This document shows, piece after piece, positions 47,695-58,348 of a DNA stretch of 64,000 nt. Source of the stretch: Polyangiales bacterium (lineage in GTDB: Bacteria > Myxococcota_A > Polyangia > Polyangiales > JADJQN01). The notes below the pieces were generated by a model. The model was not told the origin of the DNA. It saw only the letters and a list, made by a program, of their open reading frames with translations, and made no database searches. The stretch covers positions 480,001 to 544,000 of the forward strand of contig CAXNJO010000002.1 of the NCBI GenBank assembly GCA_964202905.1. Reading direction: 5' to 3'. The translations under genes were made by a program, and so were the position numbers. Each line of letters starts with the position of its first letter. Positions within the stretch are counted from its first letter, which is position 1.

Positions 47695-49140
47695 ATGGAA
47701 ATCCTCTTCGTGACCTCCGAGGTCGCCCCCTACAGCAAGGCGACCGGCCTCGCCGAGGTGTGCGGCGCGCTGCCGAAGGCGCTGCGCGGGCTCGGACACA
47801 AGGTCACCGTCCTCTCGCCCCTCTACGCGCACATCGATCCGGCGGCCCGCTCGCTCGCGCGCCGCCTGATGAAGATCGAGGTGATGCTCGGCGGCAAGAA
47901 GGTCGCCTGCGAACTCTACGACGGCCGCACCTCCGGCGGCGTCGATCTGCTCTTCCTCGGCCACGAGGAGTTGTTCCGCCGCGTGCCGCACCTCTACGGC
48001 GAGGGCGAGGCGTACGCGCTCGACGCCCAGCGCTTCGCGCTGCTCTCGCTCGGCGCGCTCGAGCTGATCAAGAAGCGTGAGCCGCGCTTCGACGTGCTGC
48101 ATGCGCACGACTGGCCCGCCGCGCTCGCGGTCTTTCTCGCGAAGCGCGATCCGGCGCTCGCAGGCCTGCCCACGGTGCTCACCGTCCACGATCTCGCGCG
48201 TCAAGGCAGCTTCCCGAAGGGCACGATGGAGACGCTGGGGCTCCCGTGGGAGCTCTTCAACCCCGAAGGCCTCGAGTTCTACGGGCTGCTCAACCTCCTG
48301 AAGGGCGGTGTCCTCGCCGCAGATCGTGTGACGACGGTGTCGCCCTCGTACGCCGCGGAGGTCCGCACCCCCGAGGGCGGTCACGGGCTCGACGGCGTGC
48401 TGCGCGCGCGCGGCCGCGACCTCGTCGGCATCCTCGACGGCGTGGACGTCGCGGTGTGGAACCCCGCGACCGACGCCGCCCTCCCCGCCCGCTTCGATCC
48501 CATCGACCTCACGGGCAAGGCGCGCAGCAAGAGCGAGCTGCAGCGCGCGCTCGGGCTCCCGCAGCGCGCGGACGTCCCGCTCGTCGGCGCGACGGGCAAG
48601 CCCGTGGCGGCGCGCGGCTTCGATCTGCTCGTGAAGGCGCTCCCGCAGATCCTCCGCAACGATGTGCAGGTGGTCGTGCACGCCGAGGAGGGCGGCGACG
48701 CGGAGCTCCTCGACGTGCTCGCCGAGCTCGCGACGCGCTGGCCCGATCGCCTCGCCGTGCTGCACGCCGACGACTCCGGCACGCACCGCGTGCTCGGCGG
48801 CGCAGACCTGCTCGTCGTCCCCTCGCGCACCGAACCGAGCGGTCACCTCCAGCGCTACGCGCACCGCTACGGCGCGCTGCCGATCTGCCGGCGCACGGGC
48901 GGTCACGTCGACACGGTCGTCGACGCGGACGCCAAGCTCGAGAGCGGCAGCGGCTTCCTCTACGACGACGCCACGCCGCAGGCGCTGCTCGGCGCGGTGC
49001 GCCGCGGGCTCGCGGCTTTCACGCTCGGTGCCCCGTTCGACGGCATGCGCCGACGCGCGATGCGCATCGACCACTCGTGGGAGCGCAGCGCACGGCTCTA
49101 CGAGGCGCTCTACCGCGACCTGACGACGCCCGCGCAGTGA
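47695..49140 (+). CDS. glgA: Glycogen synthase (GT5), with atypical motifs
   Basis: MEILFVTSEVAPYSK.., HAHDW, TVHDL..QG, NLLKGG..ADRVTTVSPSYA, WNPATD, PSRTEP, RRTGG..DTV. Confidence 0.85.
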   Translation: MEILFVTSEVAPYSKATGLAEVCGALPKALRGLGHKVTVLSPLYAHIDPAARSLARRLMKIEVMLGGKKVACELYDGRTSGGVDLLFLGHEELFRRVPHLYGEGEAYALDAQRFALLSLGALELIKKREPRFDVLHAHDWPAALAVFLAKRDPALAGLPTVLTVHDLARQGSFPKGTMETLGLPWELFNPEGLEFYGLLNLLKGGVLAADRVTTVSPSYAAEVRTPEGGHGLDGVLRARGRDLVGILDGVDVAVWNPATDAALPARFDPIDLTGKARSKSELQRALGLPQRADVPLVGATGKPVAARGFDLLVKALPQILRNDVQVVVHAEEGGDAELLDVLAELATRWPDRLAVLHADDSGTHRVLGGADLLVVPSRTEPSGHLQRYAHRYGALPICRRTGGHVDTVVDADAKLESGSGFLYDDATPQALLGAVRRGLAAFTLGAPFDGMRRRAMRIDHSWERSARLYEALYRDLTTPAQ

Positions 49141-49185
49141 GCGTCGACAGCGGGGCCCGGCGTGCCGCGCAGCGCGCGCGCCGGA

Positions 49186-49671
49186 TCACTCGCGGAAGTT
49201 GGTGAACTGCAGATCGGCCTTGAAATCCTCGGCCTTCAGGGCGGCGATGGCCTCCTGGAGGTCGTCGCGCTTCTTGCCCGCGACGCGCACCTGATCGGCC
49301 TGGATCGACGCCTGCACCTTGAGCTTGGTGTCCTTGATGTGCTTGACGATCTCCCGGGCCTTCTCGATCGAGATGCCCTGCTGGAGCTTGATCACCTGAC
49401 GGAACGTGCCCTTCGTCGCGGGCTCGACCTTCTGCGGGTCGAGCGAGCGCACGGACACGCCGCGCTTGATCAGCTTCTCTAGCAGGACCGTGCGGGCAGC
49501 CTCGAGGCGCCCTTCGCTCGACGAGCGCAGGAGCATGCCCTCGTCGGTCTTCTCGATCTCGGTGCCCGTGTCCTTGAAATCGAAGCGTGAGCCGATCTCC
49601 TTCTGCGCTTGGAGGACGGCGTTGTCGACCTCGTTCATGGAGACCTTCGAGACGATGTCGAACGACGGCAT
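49186..49671 (-). CDS. yajQ: YajQ family nucleotide/c-di-GMP-binding protein
   Basis: MPSFDIVSKV..RFDFK..KKRDDLQ..LQFTNFRE. Confidence 0.96.
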   Translation of the reverse strand: MPSFDIVSKVSMNEVDNAVLQAQKEIGSRFDFKDTGTEIEKTDEGMLLRSSSEGRLEAARTVLLEKLIKRGVSVRSLDPQKVEPATKGTFRQVIKLQQGISIEKAREIVKHIKDTKLKVQASIQADQVRVAGKKRDDLQEAIAALKAEDFKADLQFTNFRE

Positions 49672-49739
49672 GCGATCAGTCCTCCGCGTGGATGTGGCGC
49701 GCGACGATAGGGACCTCGCCGCGCCGACGCAAGCGTGGC

Positions 49740-50453
49740 TCAACGAGACGGGAGCGTGATGTCCGGCGCGCGCACGTAGAGCGGCTCGAGCGCGCCGAGC
49801 GCATCCGCGCCGCGCCGCGCGTAGAGACGCGCCGCCTCGCGCGCGAGGGCCGCAGCCCCAGGGAATCCAGCGCCTTTCGGCCCCGCGACCACCACACGAC
49901 CCGCGACAACGAGCGCGGCCTCGAGCGGACCGCGCAGCGATGGGGGCGCGTCGCCGACGAGCACGAGCGCGCCCGCGTCCGCGGGAAGCCCCGCGAGGAT
50001 CCGCGCCGCGGCGTCCTCGGGCGACGCGTGAAAGGGCGCGATCCGCTCGACCAGGTCGCCAGCGGCGTCCTCCGCGTAGGCCGCGCCGAAGACCTCCTGC
50101 TTGTGGGCGTCGAGGAGCGTGACGGCGATGCGCGCGCCCGGCTCGACGCCTCGCGCGAGCACGCGCAGCGAGCACACCCCGACGAGCGGCGTGCCCCGCG
50201 CGAGCGCGAGCCCCTTCACGGTCGCGAGGGCCACGCGCACGCCCGTGAACGAGCCCGGCCCGAGACCGACCGCGAAGAGCTCCACTTCGGCGATCCCGAC
50301 GCCGGCCTCCTCGAGCACGCGCACGACGTTCGGGAGCAGCGTCTCGCCGTGCTTCGCGCTCACGCGGGCCGCGAGCTCCGCGCGCACCTCCCCTCGCTCG
50401 ACGAGCGCCACCGAGCCGACCGCCGTCGAGGTGTCCACAGCGAGGACGAGCAC
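49740..50453 (-). CDS. tsaB: tRNA threonylcarbamoyladenosine biosynthesis protein TsaB
   Basis: LAVDTST, HGETLLP, GPGSFTGVRV, LDAHKQEV, LEPLYVR. Confidence 0.95.
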   Translation of the reverse strand: MLVLAVDTSTAVGSVALVERGEVRAELAARVSAKHGETLLPNVVRVLEEAGVGIAEVELFAVGLGPGSFTGVRVALATVKGLALARGTPLVGVCSLRVLARGVEPGARIAVTLLDAHKQEVFGAAYAEDAAGDLVERIAPFHASPEDAAARILAGLPADAGALVLVGDAPPSLRGPLEAALVVAGRVVVAGPKGAGFPGAAALAREAARLYARRGADALGALEPLYVRAPDITLPSR

Positions 50454-50596
50454 GACCGCGCGTATAGCACCCACGCCGCGCCCGCGGGGCCCCCCAACGC
50501 GCCGCGACGGATACCGCAACCTCCTTGCGATCTTGACCCCGCGATCGCCGGGCCATACCGTGCGTTCCTTTCTTCGCGCCGCAGGACCCCGAGCCG

Positions 50597-51199
50597 ATGA
50601 CCGACACACGCGCGATGCTCGGCCTGCTCGTGCCGACCGATCCCACGTGGGTGTCGGCGGTCGAGCGTGACTTGCCGGGCATGCTCTCCGACCACGCGCA
50701 CTGCGAGCTGAAGGCCGCGCAGAGCGCGCTCTCGCTCGTCGGCAAGTACGGCGGGCCGCACCCGGAGCTGGTCGCGCCGCTGCTCGCGCTCGCGCACGAG
50801 GAGACCGAACACTTCGCCGAGGTCGAGCGTCGGCTCGCGGCCTCGGGGCGCCGGCTCGGCGAACCACGCACGGACGACTACGTCGGCGCGCTGCGGAAGG
50901 TCGCGCGCCGCGACGGCGCTTCGTCACCCGCGCTGCTCGATCGGCTGCTGGTCGCGAGCCTCGTCGAGGCGCGGAGCTGCGAGCGCTTCCGGCTGCTCTC
51001 GACGCACCTCGCCGACACGGCGCTGCGCGCGTTCTACGCGGAGTTGATGGCCTCCGAGGCGCGGCACTACCGCCTCTTCGCGGGGCTTGCCGAGAAGCTC
51101 TTCGGCGTGGAGGATGCGCGCGCCCGGCTCGGTGAACTCGCCGCGCGCGAGGCCCTGATCGCCGGGCGGCTGCCGCTCGGCCCGACCGTGCACGGCTGA
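50597..51199 (+). CDS. miaE: tRNA-(ms2io6A) hydroxylase
   Basis: DHAHCELKAA, EETEHF, VEARSCERF, SEARHY di-iron motifs. Confidence 0.93.
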   Translation: MTDTRAMLGLLVPTDPTWVSAVERDLPGMLSDHAHCELKAAQSALSLVGKYGGPHPELVAPLLALAHEETEHFAEVERRLAASGRRLGEPRTDDYVGALRKVARRDGASSPALLDRLLVASLVEARSCERFRLLSTHLADTALRAFYAELMASEARHYRLFAGLAEKLFGVEDARARLGELAAREALIAGRLPLGPTVHG

Positions 51200-51242
51200 C
51201 CGCGCGATCCGAGCACCCGACCCCCCGCGAGATCGGAACGAG

Positions 51243-52004
51243 ATGAGCGAGTCCAGCGAACAGAGCTCCGAGAAAGCGCGCGAGCACGAGCCCCCGGCGG
51301 CGCAGACGCACGCGGCGCCGGCCGAGACGAGCTGGCAGCGGACGAGCGCCAACCTGAAGACGATCGGCGGCGCGGTGCTGCTCGCCTTCTTCATCCGGAT
51401 CGTGCTGTTCGAGCCGTTCGAGATCGAGGGCCCGTCGATGGAGCCGACGTTGCTCAACCGCGACCGCGTCGTCGTCGCGAAGTTCATGTACGGGCTCTTC
51501 CTGCCCTTCATGGACGACGCCGCGCTCACCTGGGGCGTGCCCGAGCTCGGCGACGTCGTCATCGTGAAGAGCCCCGCGGACAACATCGACATCGTCAAGC
51601 GCGTGATCGGCCTCCCGGGTGACCGCGTCGAGCTCCGCGAGGACGTCGTCTGGCGCAACGGCCGCCCCATCACCCATCGGCCCGCGGGCCCGTGCGACGC
51701 CGGGCTGCGCTCGTTCGACCCGGACGAGGAGGCGAACTGCGAGTGGACGGAGGAGTCCCTCGGCGACGAGACCTACCGCACGAGCCACGACCCCGCGTAC
51801 GCGCCCTTCACGAGCGCGTCGGTGACGACGGTGCCGCCGGGCCATGTGTTCATCCTCGGCGACCACCGCGACCGTTCGAACGACAGCCGCTACTTCGGCC
51901 CCGTGCCGATCGCGCGCGTGAAGGGCAAGGCGCTCGCGATCTACTGGTCGAGCGACGAGAGCGGCGCATTCCGCGGCGATCGCTTCTTCAAAGTCCTGCA
52001 CTGA
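51243..52004 (+). CDS. lepB: Signal peptidase I
   Basis: GPSMEPTL, IVKRVIGLPGD, LGDHRDRSNDSR. Confidence 0.95.
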   Translation: MSESSEQSSEKAREHEPPAAQTHAAPAETSWQRTSANLKTIGGAVLLAFFIRIVLFEPFEIEGPSMEPTLLNRDRVVVAKFMYGLFLPFMDDAALTWGVPELGDVVIVKSPADNIDIVKRVIGLPGDRVELREDVVWRNGRPITHRPAGPCDAGLRSFDPDEEANCEWTEESLGDETYRTSHDPAYAPFTSASVTTVPPGHVFILGDHRDRSNDSRYFGPVPIARVKGKALAIYWSSDESGAFRGDRFFKVLH

Positions 52005-52095
52005 CCCGATCCCGCGCTGCCCGGATTCGTCTGCGCCAGGCGACCGTGCGCGCGCGCCGTGCCGCGGCGCGGCGCAGCGCTATACTCGCGCGCCC

Positions 52096-53586
52096 TTGAG
52101 CTTCATCGACGACATGCGCGGCCTCGTCGGCACCCGACTCGCCGAGGAGACCGGGACGCTCTACAGCGAGGCCCCCGAGCGCGTCGCCCTGCTCTACCCG
52201 AGCCCGTACTCCGCGGGGATGTCGTCGCTCGGCTTCCAGACGATCTACCGAGAAATCCACCGCAGCGGTCGCGGTGCCGATCGTGCCTTCCTGCCCGACG
52301 ACGTCGCCGCGTGGCGCGCGTCGCGGGCGCCGCTCTTCACGTACGAGGCCGCGCGGCCGGTCGGTGACTACACGGTGGTCGCGGTCTCGGTGGCCTACGA
52401 GCTCGAGCTCGCCGGGCTCGTCGACGCGCTCGGCCTCGCGGGGATCCCGCTGCTCGCCGCGGAGCGCACCGGGCGACACCCCTTCGTGCTCGCGGGCGGT
52501 CCGCTCACGTTCTCCAATCCGCTCCCGCTCGGCCCCTTCGCCGACGCGGTGCTCATGGGCGAAGCGGACGAGACGATCCACACCGCGCTCGACGTGATCT
52601 TCGCGGCGGACGGCGATCGACGCCGCATCCTCGAGACGCTCGCGCGCGAGGTGCCTTCGGCCTGGATCCCCTCGATGCATGGGGATCAGATGCCGCCGGT
52701 CGCGCAGTGCAGCGACACGCTGCTGCCCGCGTACGCGCAGATCACGACGCCGAACACCGAGCTGCGCGACATGTTCCTCGTGGAGACGTCGCGCGGCTGC
52801 TCGCGCGGCTGCCACTACTGCGTGATGCGCCGCTCGACGAACGGCGGCATGCGCATCGTGCCCGTCGACGACATCTTCGCGCGCATCCCGGAGACCGCGA
52901 AGCGCGTGGGGCTCGTCGGCGCGGCGGTGAGCGATCACCCGCGCATCGCCGACATCGTCGAGCGGCTCGCGGACGAAGGGCGCGGCGTCGGGCTCTCGTC
53001 GCTGCGCCCCGATCGCCTCAACGACCGCTTCGTCGCCGCGCTCAAGCGCGGCGGCTATCGCACGCTCACCACCGCAGGAGATGGTGCCAGCGAGCGAATG
53101 CGCGAGTCCATCCAGCGCAAGACACGCGAGCGGCACCTCGTGAAGGCGGCCGAACTTGCGCGCGCGCACGGCATGGACCGGATGAAGCTCTACATGATGT
53201 GCGGGCTCCCCGGCGAGGACGAGACCGACATCGACGAGCTCGTTCGCTTCTCGACCGAGCTGTCGAAGATCATCCCGCTCGCGCTCGGCATCGGCCCCTT
53301 CGTCGCGAAGCGCAACACGCCGCTCGATGGCGCCCCGTTTGCGGGGATCCCCGTCGTCGAGGCGCGGCTCGAGCGGCTGCGGCGCGGCGTGCGCGGGCGC
53401 GTCGACGTGCGCGCGACGAGCGCACGCTGGGGCTGGGTCGAGCACGTGCTCGCGCAGGGCGGGCAGGCCGAGGGCCGCGCCGTGATCGACGCCGTCAAGG
53501 CGGGCGGGCGGTTCGCGGACTGGAAGCGCGCGTTCAATGCGCTGCCCGCGGAGCGACCGCGGCGCGCGCTCGCGATCGTGGGCTGA
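52096..53586 (+). CDS. Radical SAM protein
   Basis: YPSPYSAGMSSLG, ETSRGCSRGCHYC (CxxxCxxC), SSLR, KLYMMCGLPGE. Confidence 0.9.
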   Translation: MSFIDDMRGLVGTRLAEETGTLYSEAPERVALLYPSPYSAGMSSLGFQTIYREIHRSGRGADRAFLPDDVAAWRASRAPLFTYEAARPVGDYTVVAVSVAYELELAGLVDALGLAGIPLLAAERTGRHPFVLAGGPLTFSNPLPLGPFADAVLMGEADETIHTALDVIFAADGDRRRILETLAREVPSAWIPSMHGDQMPPVAQCSDTLLPAYAQITTPNTELRDMFLVETSRGCSRGCHYCVMRRSTNGGMRIVPVDDIFARIPETAKRVGLVGAAVSDHPRIADIVERLADEGRGVGLSSLRPDRLNDRFVAALKRGGYRTLTTAGDGASERMRESIQRKTRERHLVKAAELARAHGMDRMKLYMMCGLPGEDETDIDELVRFSTELSKIIPLALGIGPFVAKRNTPLDGAPFAGIPVVEARLERLRRGVRGRVDVRATSARWGWVEHVLAQGGQAEGRAVIDAVKAGGRFADWKRAFNALPAERPRRALAIVG

Positions 53587-53657
53587 GTCGCTTCACACGG
53601 CGCACGCGTTGTGAGAGGATACAACCCCGTGCGGGGCATTCCCCGCCGGGGAGGCCC

Positions 53658-54629
53658 ATGTTTGCACAAGGCTTGTCGCGTGTCCGTCTCGTCGTCGCCC
53701 TGCTCGCCGCGCTACCGACTCTGATGCTCGTCGCGCCCGCGTCCGCGCGCGTGGGGGCGCACATGCAGCGGTTCCGCGGCGACTACCTGATCGTCAACTC
53801 CGACTGGGAGGAACAGGCGCCCGTGACGCGCGGGCGGCGCACGACGCTGCTCTTCCGCACCAGCCGCAGCCTCCCGGGCTCGGAACTGCGCGTCGACGTG
53901 GACGCCAACGGTTACGTCAGCGCCGCGACGGCGAGGTTTCCGCGCGCGGAAGCGCTGCCCTGGGTCGACGCCGACGAGGCACACCGCGCGGGGCGCCTGC
54001 CGCGGGCCGGTCGAAGCGCCGGGCGATGCCGACTGAACTGGCCCGTGCGGAGCTTCCTGGAGTTCGGCGTCCCGGTCGACGACGAGGACGAAATCGCCGC
54101 CATCGTGGAAGAAGACATTCACCTGCCCTGCCGCGAACCCGCCGTCGCCCCCGTCTCCCAACTCGGCCAGTTCCTCGTGGGCACCCGGGCCACCGCGCGT
54201 GCGCGTTTCGGCAAGTCGGAGGTCACGGCGCGCTTGAGCCGCAACGGCACCACCGAGTTCGTCGACTTGACGATCACCCTGCGGGGGCGCCCGACCCGCG
54301 ACGCGTTCGCGGAGGCCCTCCCGCCGCGACCGACCTCTCGCCCCGATGGGCTCGCTCTCGAGCGCATGCCCACGCGCGAAGAGCTCATCGCCGGCAGCAC
54401 CCGGATGGCGGAGGCGCTCGGCGCCTGCGTGGCCCAGGGCGCCCCGCCCGGCGCAGCGCTCGTCGCCCTCGAACTCGACTGGACGGGCCACGTCCGTCGC
54501 GTCGTGATGCCGCCCGAGTGGAGCGCGTCACCGGGCGCCGCCTGCCTCGACGACGCCGCGAAGCGCTTCGAAGTTCCCCCGTTCAGGCTCGCGAGCCACA
54601 CCGTGCGCTTCCCCGTCACGCTGCGCTGA
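53658..54629 (+). CDS. Secreted hypothetical protein with a C-terminal TonB-C/AgmX-like domain
   Basis: Signal peptide ..PASA; C-terminal LGAC..GHVRRV..AACL..VPPF..VRFPV. Confidence 0.6.
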   Translation: MFAQGLSRVRLVVALLAALPTLMLVAPASARVGAHMQRFRGDYLIVNSDWEEQAPVTRGRRTTLLFRTSRSLPGSELRVDVDANGYVSAATARFPRAEALPWVDADEAHRAGRLPRAGRSAGRCRLNWPVRSFLEFGVPVDDEDEIAAIVEEDIHLPCREPAVAPVSQLGQFLVGTRATARARFGKSEVTARLSRNGTTEFVDLTITLRGRPTRDAFAEALPPRPTSRPDGLALERMPTREELIAGSTRMAEALGACVAQGAPPGAALVALELDWTGHVRRVVMPPEWSASPGAACLDDAAKRFEVPPFRLASHTVRFPVTLR

Positions 54630-54642
54630 GCGTCTCCGCGCG

Positions 54643-55239
54643 ATGCGCACCGTGCGGCTCGCACTCCCCGCGGAACGCCCGCTGTGGCTCGGCGTCGTCG
54701 CCGACACGCACGGGCGTCCGCACCCACGCGCGGCTTCGCTGCTCGCGCGGTCCCCCGACGACACGCCGCTCGACGCCATCCTCCATGGCGGTGATGTCGG
54801 CGACCTCGCCGTGCTCGACGCGCTCGCGGCATGCGCGCCCGTCCACGCGGTGCGCGGCAACATCGACGGAACACGCACCGCGCTGCCCGACACGCTGCTG
54901 CTCGTGGTGGACGATGGCGTCGTGCCCGTGCTGCGCGTGCTGCTGACCCACATCGCGGTGAACGGCCCCCGCGTCCGCGCCGAGGTCGCCGCACTCGCGA
55001 CGTCCCACGACGCCGCGATCGTGGTCTGCGGACACTCGCACGTGCCCTTTCTCGGGCGCGATCGCGGCCTCACGCTCTTCAACCCCGGTTCCATCGGGCC
55101 GCGTCGGCTGCGACTCCCCATCACGCTCGGGATGATGCGCATCGCCCGCGACGGCGTGCGCTTCTCGCATCTCGATTGCGAGACGGGCGAGCGCTGGATC
55201 CCCGTTCCGCGAGCGGGCGCATCACGGACGAGATGCTGA
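54643..55239 (+). CDS. YfcE/MJ0936-family metallophosphoesterase
   Basis: ADTHG, HGGD, VRGNID, CGHSH, FNPGS. Confidence 0.92.
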   Translation: MRTVRLALPAERPLWLGVVADTHGRPHPRAASLLARSPDDTPLDAILHGGDVGDLAVLDALAACAPVHAVRGNIDGTRTALPDTLLLVVDDGVVPVLRVLLTHIAVNGPRVRAEVAALATSHDAAIVVCGHSHVPFLGRDRGLTLFNPGSIGPRRLRLPITLGMMRIARDGVRFSHLDCETGERWIPVPRAGASRTRC

Positions 55240-55343
55240 GTTCGCACCACACGAGAATGGGATTCTCACGAGCGCGAGCGACGGTGTTCGAATCGCGCAA
55301 ACAGGGCATCGACGCGCGACACGCGTGATGCCCGACGTCGCGC

Positions 55344-56552
55344 TCAGCCGAGGATCATCGTCTCGCGCACGAGCGCGCCCGTGCGGAAGCGCCGGAAGTT
55401 CCACTTCTCGAAGACGGGATCGCCCTGCCCGCCCGCGAGGTGCTCGGCCGCGAGCTTGCCCATGATGGGCGCCATCATGAAGCCGTGGCCCATGAAGCCA
55501 CAGAGCTGATAGAAACCCTCGATCTCGTCGATGAAACCGACGATCGGGCTCCCGTCCGGCGTGAGGTCGTAACAGCCCCCCCACTGGCGCAGCACGCGCA
55601 CGGCGCCGAGCACGGGCATCGCGCGCACGAGCGCGCTCGCGTAAAGGCCCAGAAAATCCGCGGAAGAGCCCTGATCGAGGCCCTCGGGGACGTGCTCGTT
55701 CGAGATGCCGCCGACGATCTCACCGCGCATCGACTGCGAGAAATAGAGCCCGCTCGCGAGGTCGGCCACCAACGGACGCAGAAACGGTTTGAGCGGCTCG
55801 GTCGAGCAGATCTCGTGGCGGTGCGGGTGGTTCGGCAACGCGACGCCGACGAGCTTCGCGAGCTGCGGGCTCCAGGCGCCCGTCGCGTTCACCACGAGCG
55901 GCGCGCGGATCGTGCCGTGCGGCGTCACCACGCCCGCGATGCGGCGGCCGCCGCCCGACGTCTCGAGCGCGATGACCTCCGTGAAGGTGTGCACCGCGAC
56001 GCCGTGCTGCGCGCAGGCGCGCGCGTAGCCCCACACGAAGGGCCATGGGAACACGACACCGTCGTCCGGGTTGTAGCTCGCGGCGACGACGGTCGCGGCG
56101 TCGAGCTCGGGCACGATGCGCTTGGCCTCGCGCGCGTCGATCATCCGTGTGCGCAGTCCATGCTCGCGCTGCAGGGCCGCCGAGGCGGCAAGCTCGCGGG
56201 CACGTGCGTCGGTGTGCGCGAGGAAGAGATAACCGCCCTGTCGAAACCAGACGTTGATCCGCATCTCCGTCGCGAACTCCGCGCAGAGGCGCACCGACTC
56301 CTTCATCAGGCGGATGTTGGTCTCGCTCGACCATTGCGCGCGCACGCCACCGCCGTTGCGCCCGCTCGCGCCGCCGCAGAGATAGCCCTTGTCGAGCACG
56401 ACGATGCGGCGGGACCGGTCGAGGCGCGCGAGGTGGTACGCGGTCGCGAGGCCCATGATGCCGCCGCCGACGATGACGACGTCGGCCTCTTGCGGCAGAG
56501 GCGCGCCGACGGGCGGGACCGGCGGCGGAACGGACGGCGCGTGCGCGGGCAT
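55344..56552 (-). CDS. FAD-dependent oxidoreductase (sarcosine oxidase beta / proline dehydrogenase beta-like)
   Basis: IVGGGIMG, GASGRNGGGVR, NATGAW, RQWGGCYDLTPDG, GFMGHGFMMAP. Confidence 0.9.
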   Translation of the reverse strand: MPAHAPSVPPPVPPVGAPLPQEADVVIVGGGIMGLATAYHLARLDRSRRIVVLDKGYLCGGASGRNGGGVRAQWSSETNIRLMKESVRLCAEFATEMRINVWFRQGGYLFLAHTDARARELAASAALQREHGLRTRMIDAREAKRIVPELDAATVVAASYNPDDGVVFPWPFVWGYARACAQHGVAVHTFTEVIALETSGGGRRIAGVVTPHGTIRAPLVVNATGAWSPQLAKLVGVALPNHPHRHEICSTEPLKPFLRPLVADLASGLYFSQSMRGEIVGGISNEHVPEGLDQGSSADFLGLYASALVRAMPVLGAVRVLRQWGGCYDLTPDGSPIVGFIDEIEGFYQLCGFMGHGFMMAPIMGKLAAEHLAGGQGDPVFEKWNFRRFRTGALVRETMILG

Positions 56553-56839
56553 CAGCGCTCCCCCCCGTCGCGACGAGGACGCGCGAGCCCCGCGAGGTGC
56601 GCGAGCGGCACGGGATGGAACGGCGGGCGCGGCGTGATGGGGCCGGTCGGCGGCTCCCCCCCCGCGGCGACGAGCACGCGCGCGCAGAGCGCGACGCACT
56701 GCTTGCCCTGACACCAACCGGTGCCGAAGCCCGTGAACCGCTTCACGGACTCGAGGTCGCGGTAGCCGCGCGCGACCGCCTCCTCGACGTCGTGCGCGCT
56801 CACGTCCTCGCAACGGCAGACGATCACCTTATCCGCCAC
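56552..56839 (-). CDS. BFD-like (2Fe-2S)-binding protein
   Basis: IVCRCEDV..KRFTGFGTGWCQGKQC..RPP. Confidence 0.9.
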   Translation of the reverse strand: MADKVIVCRCEDVSAHDVEEAVARGYRDLESVKRFTGFGTGWCQGKQCVALCARVLVAAGGEPPTGPITPRPPFHPVPLAHLAGLARPRRDGGER

Positions 56840-58196
56840 GTCGCGCCCCCTCTCCGACATGAACCGCGGCGGCGTGGCCGGCAGCGCGTCCCTGCGCGAG
56901 GGCGGCGCGCAGATCCCGCACGCCCGCGCACTCGCCCACCGCGTACACGCCCGGCGCAGCGGTCTGGCCGTCCTGCGCCGAGGCGGTGACCACGAAGGCC
57001 TCGCCCGAAAACGCGACCGCCGCCCCCGCCTGCTCCGCGAGCTCGTACGCCGGCGATGGCGGCGGCGCGATCGCCACACCATCACAGACGATGGTCTCTA
57101 CGTCGGAGCGCTCCCCGTCGCGTCGGTGGCCGAGGTCGGCCGCACCGGCAACACGATGCACGTCGAGGGCGCGCACGCTCGGCCGTCCCCGCGCGCGCCG
57201 TGCGGCCTCCGCGGCGAAGGGGCCTAGCACCTCGGCGCGTCGGGCGCGGAGGGCGGCCGCGAGCGCGTCGCTCCAGAGCCCGGTGCCGACGATGGCGATG
57301 CGCTCCCCGGGAAGCACGCCGTGACGCAAGAGCACGCAGGCCGCGCGAACGCCCATCACACCCGGGAGGTCGGCGCCTTCGAACGCCATCGCCCCCTCGT
57401 GCGAACCGGTCGCGACGACGAGGCGTCCGAACGACACCCGCACGACGTGATCCTTCGCGTGCGCGAGGACTTCCGCGCCGTACACGCCGATCGCCGCGTG
57501 CCGCGTGAGGACACGGACGCCCGCCGCCTCTGCCTCACGCAAGAGCGCGTCGGCCACCGTCGGCGCGTTCTGCTCGCGGCCGCGCTCGTCGATCACCCCG
57601 CCCGGGAACACGAGGAGTTGGCCGCCGGTCTCGGGCGCCTCCTCGAGCAGGACCGTCGTCGCGCCGCCCCGCGCCGCCTCCGTCGCCGCGGCGAGTCCGG
57701 GCGCGCCGCCGCCGATCACGAGCACGTCGCACGCCACCTCGCGTGGAGGCGTGCTCGGCACGAGGCGCGTGGGGAGCTCGCCGATGCCGGCGATTCGGCG
57801 CGCAACCTTCTGCATCGCGCGGTTCACGAGCTTGTTCGCCGTGAACATCTCGTGGTGGTTCATGCCGCCCGGGAAGAACCAGTCCGTCGCGGCGAGCAGA
57901 TCCGACTCGGCTGAGCCGAGCACGTTCTGCGTCTCGACGTGCATCCCGTCGCGCGCGGGCGCACGGCAGGTCATGACGTTGGCGATCCCGTCGATGCGCA
58001 TCAAGCAGCCATCACACCGGCCCGCAAAACACGCCGGGCCACGGGGACGGTGGTATTTCACGCTCCGTGCGAGGAGCGTTCTGCCGGTGGCCACGAGGGC
58101 CACGGCGACCGGCTCGCCGGCGACGGCGGGGACATCGCGTCCATCGACGTGAAGCGTGATCGTCTTCGCGGGATCGACGAGCCGCCGGGTAGGCAC
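56829..58196 (-). CDS. 2Fe-2S / FAD-NAD oxidoreductase (sarcosine oxidase alpha N-terminal-like)
   Basis: RSVKYHRPRGPAC..C..CLM..NVMTC, VIGGGAPGL, VATGS..DLPGV, VYAVGECAG. Confidence 0.88.
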   Translation of the reverse strand: MPTRRLVDPAKTITLHVDGRDVPAVAGEPVAVALVATGRTLLARSVKYHRPRGPACFAGRCDGCLMRIDGIANVMTCRAPARDGMHVETQNVLGSAESDLLAATDWFFPGGMNHHEMFTANKLVNRAMQKVARRIAGIGELPTRLVPSTPPREVACDVLVIGGGAPGLAAATEAARGGATTVLLEEAPETGGQLLVFPGGVIDERGREQNAPTVADALLREAEAAGVRVLTRHAAIGVYGAEVLAHAKDHVVRVSFGRLVVATGSHEGAMAFEGADLPGVMGVRAACVLLRHGVLPGERIAIVGTGLWSDALAAALRARRAEVLGPFAAEAARRARGRPSVRALDVHRVAGAADLGHRRDGERSDVETIVCDGVAIAPPPSPAYELAEQAGAAVAFSGEAFVVTASAQDGQTAAPGVYAVGECAGVRDLRAALAQGRAAGHAAAVHVGEGARRGG

Positions 58197-58348
58197 GCGC
58201 GGACCCTAGCACGCGCCCATTCCCGGTCGTGGGCTCCGTGGTGCTCGTCCGCGCGCAGAAGGCCTGACGCCCTTCGCCCGGCCCTCCCTCGCGAGAGAGG
58301 CGTCGTTCGATCCGTGGACGTGGTCGTCGCGCAGACAGCGACGCGCGC

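Noticed and set aside
55250..55335. Short hairpins between convergent genes as a possible ncRNA
   Set aside because: Stems are short, with no recognisable RNA motif; at most a weak terminator.
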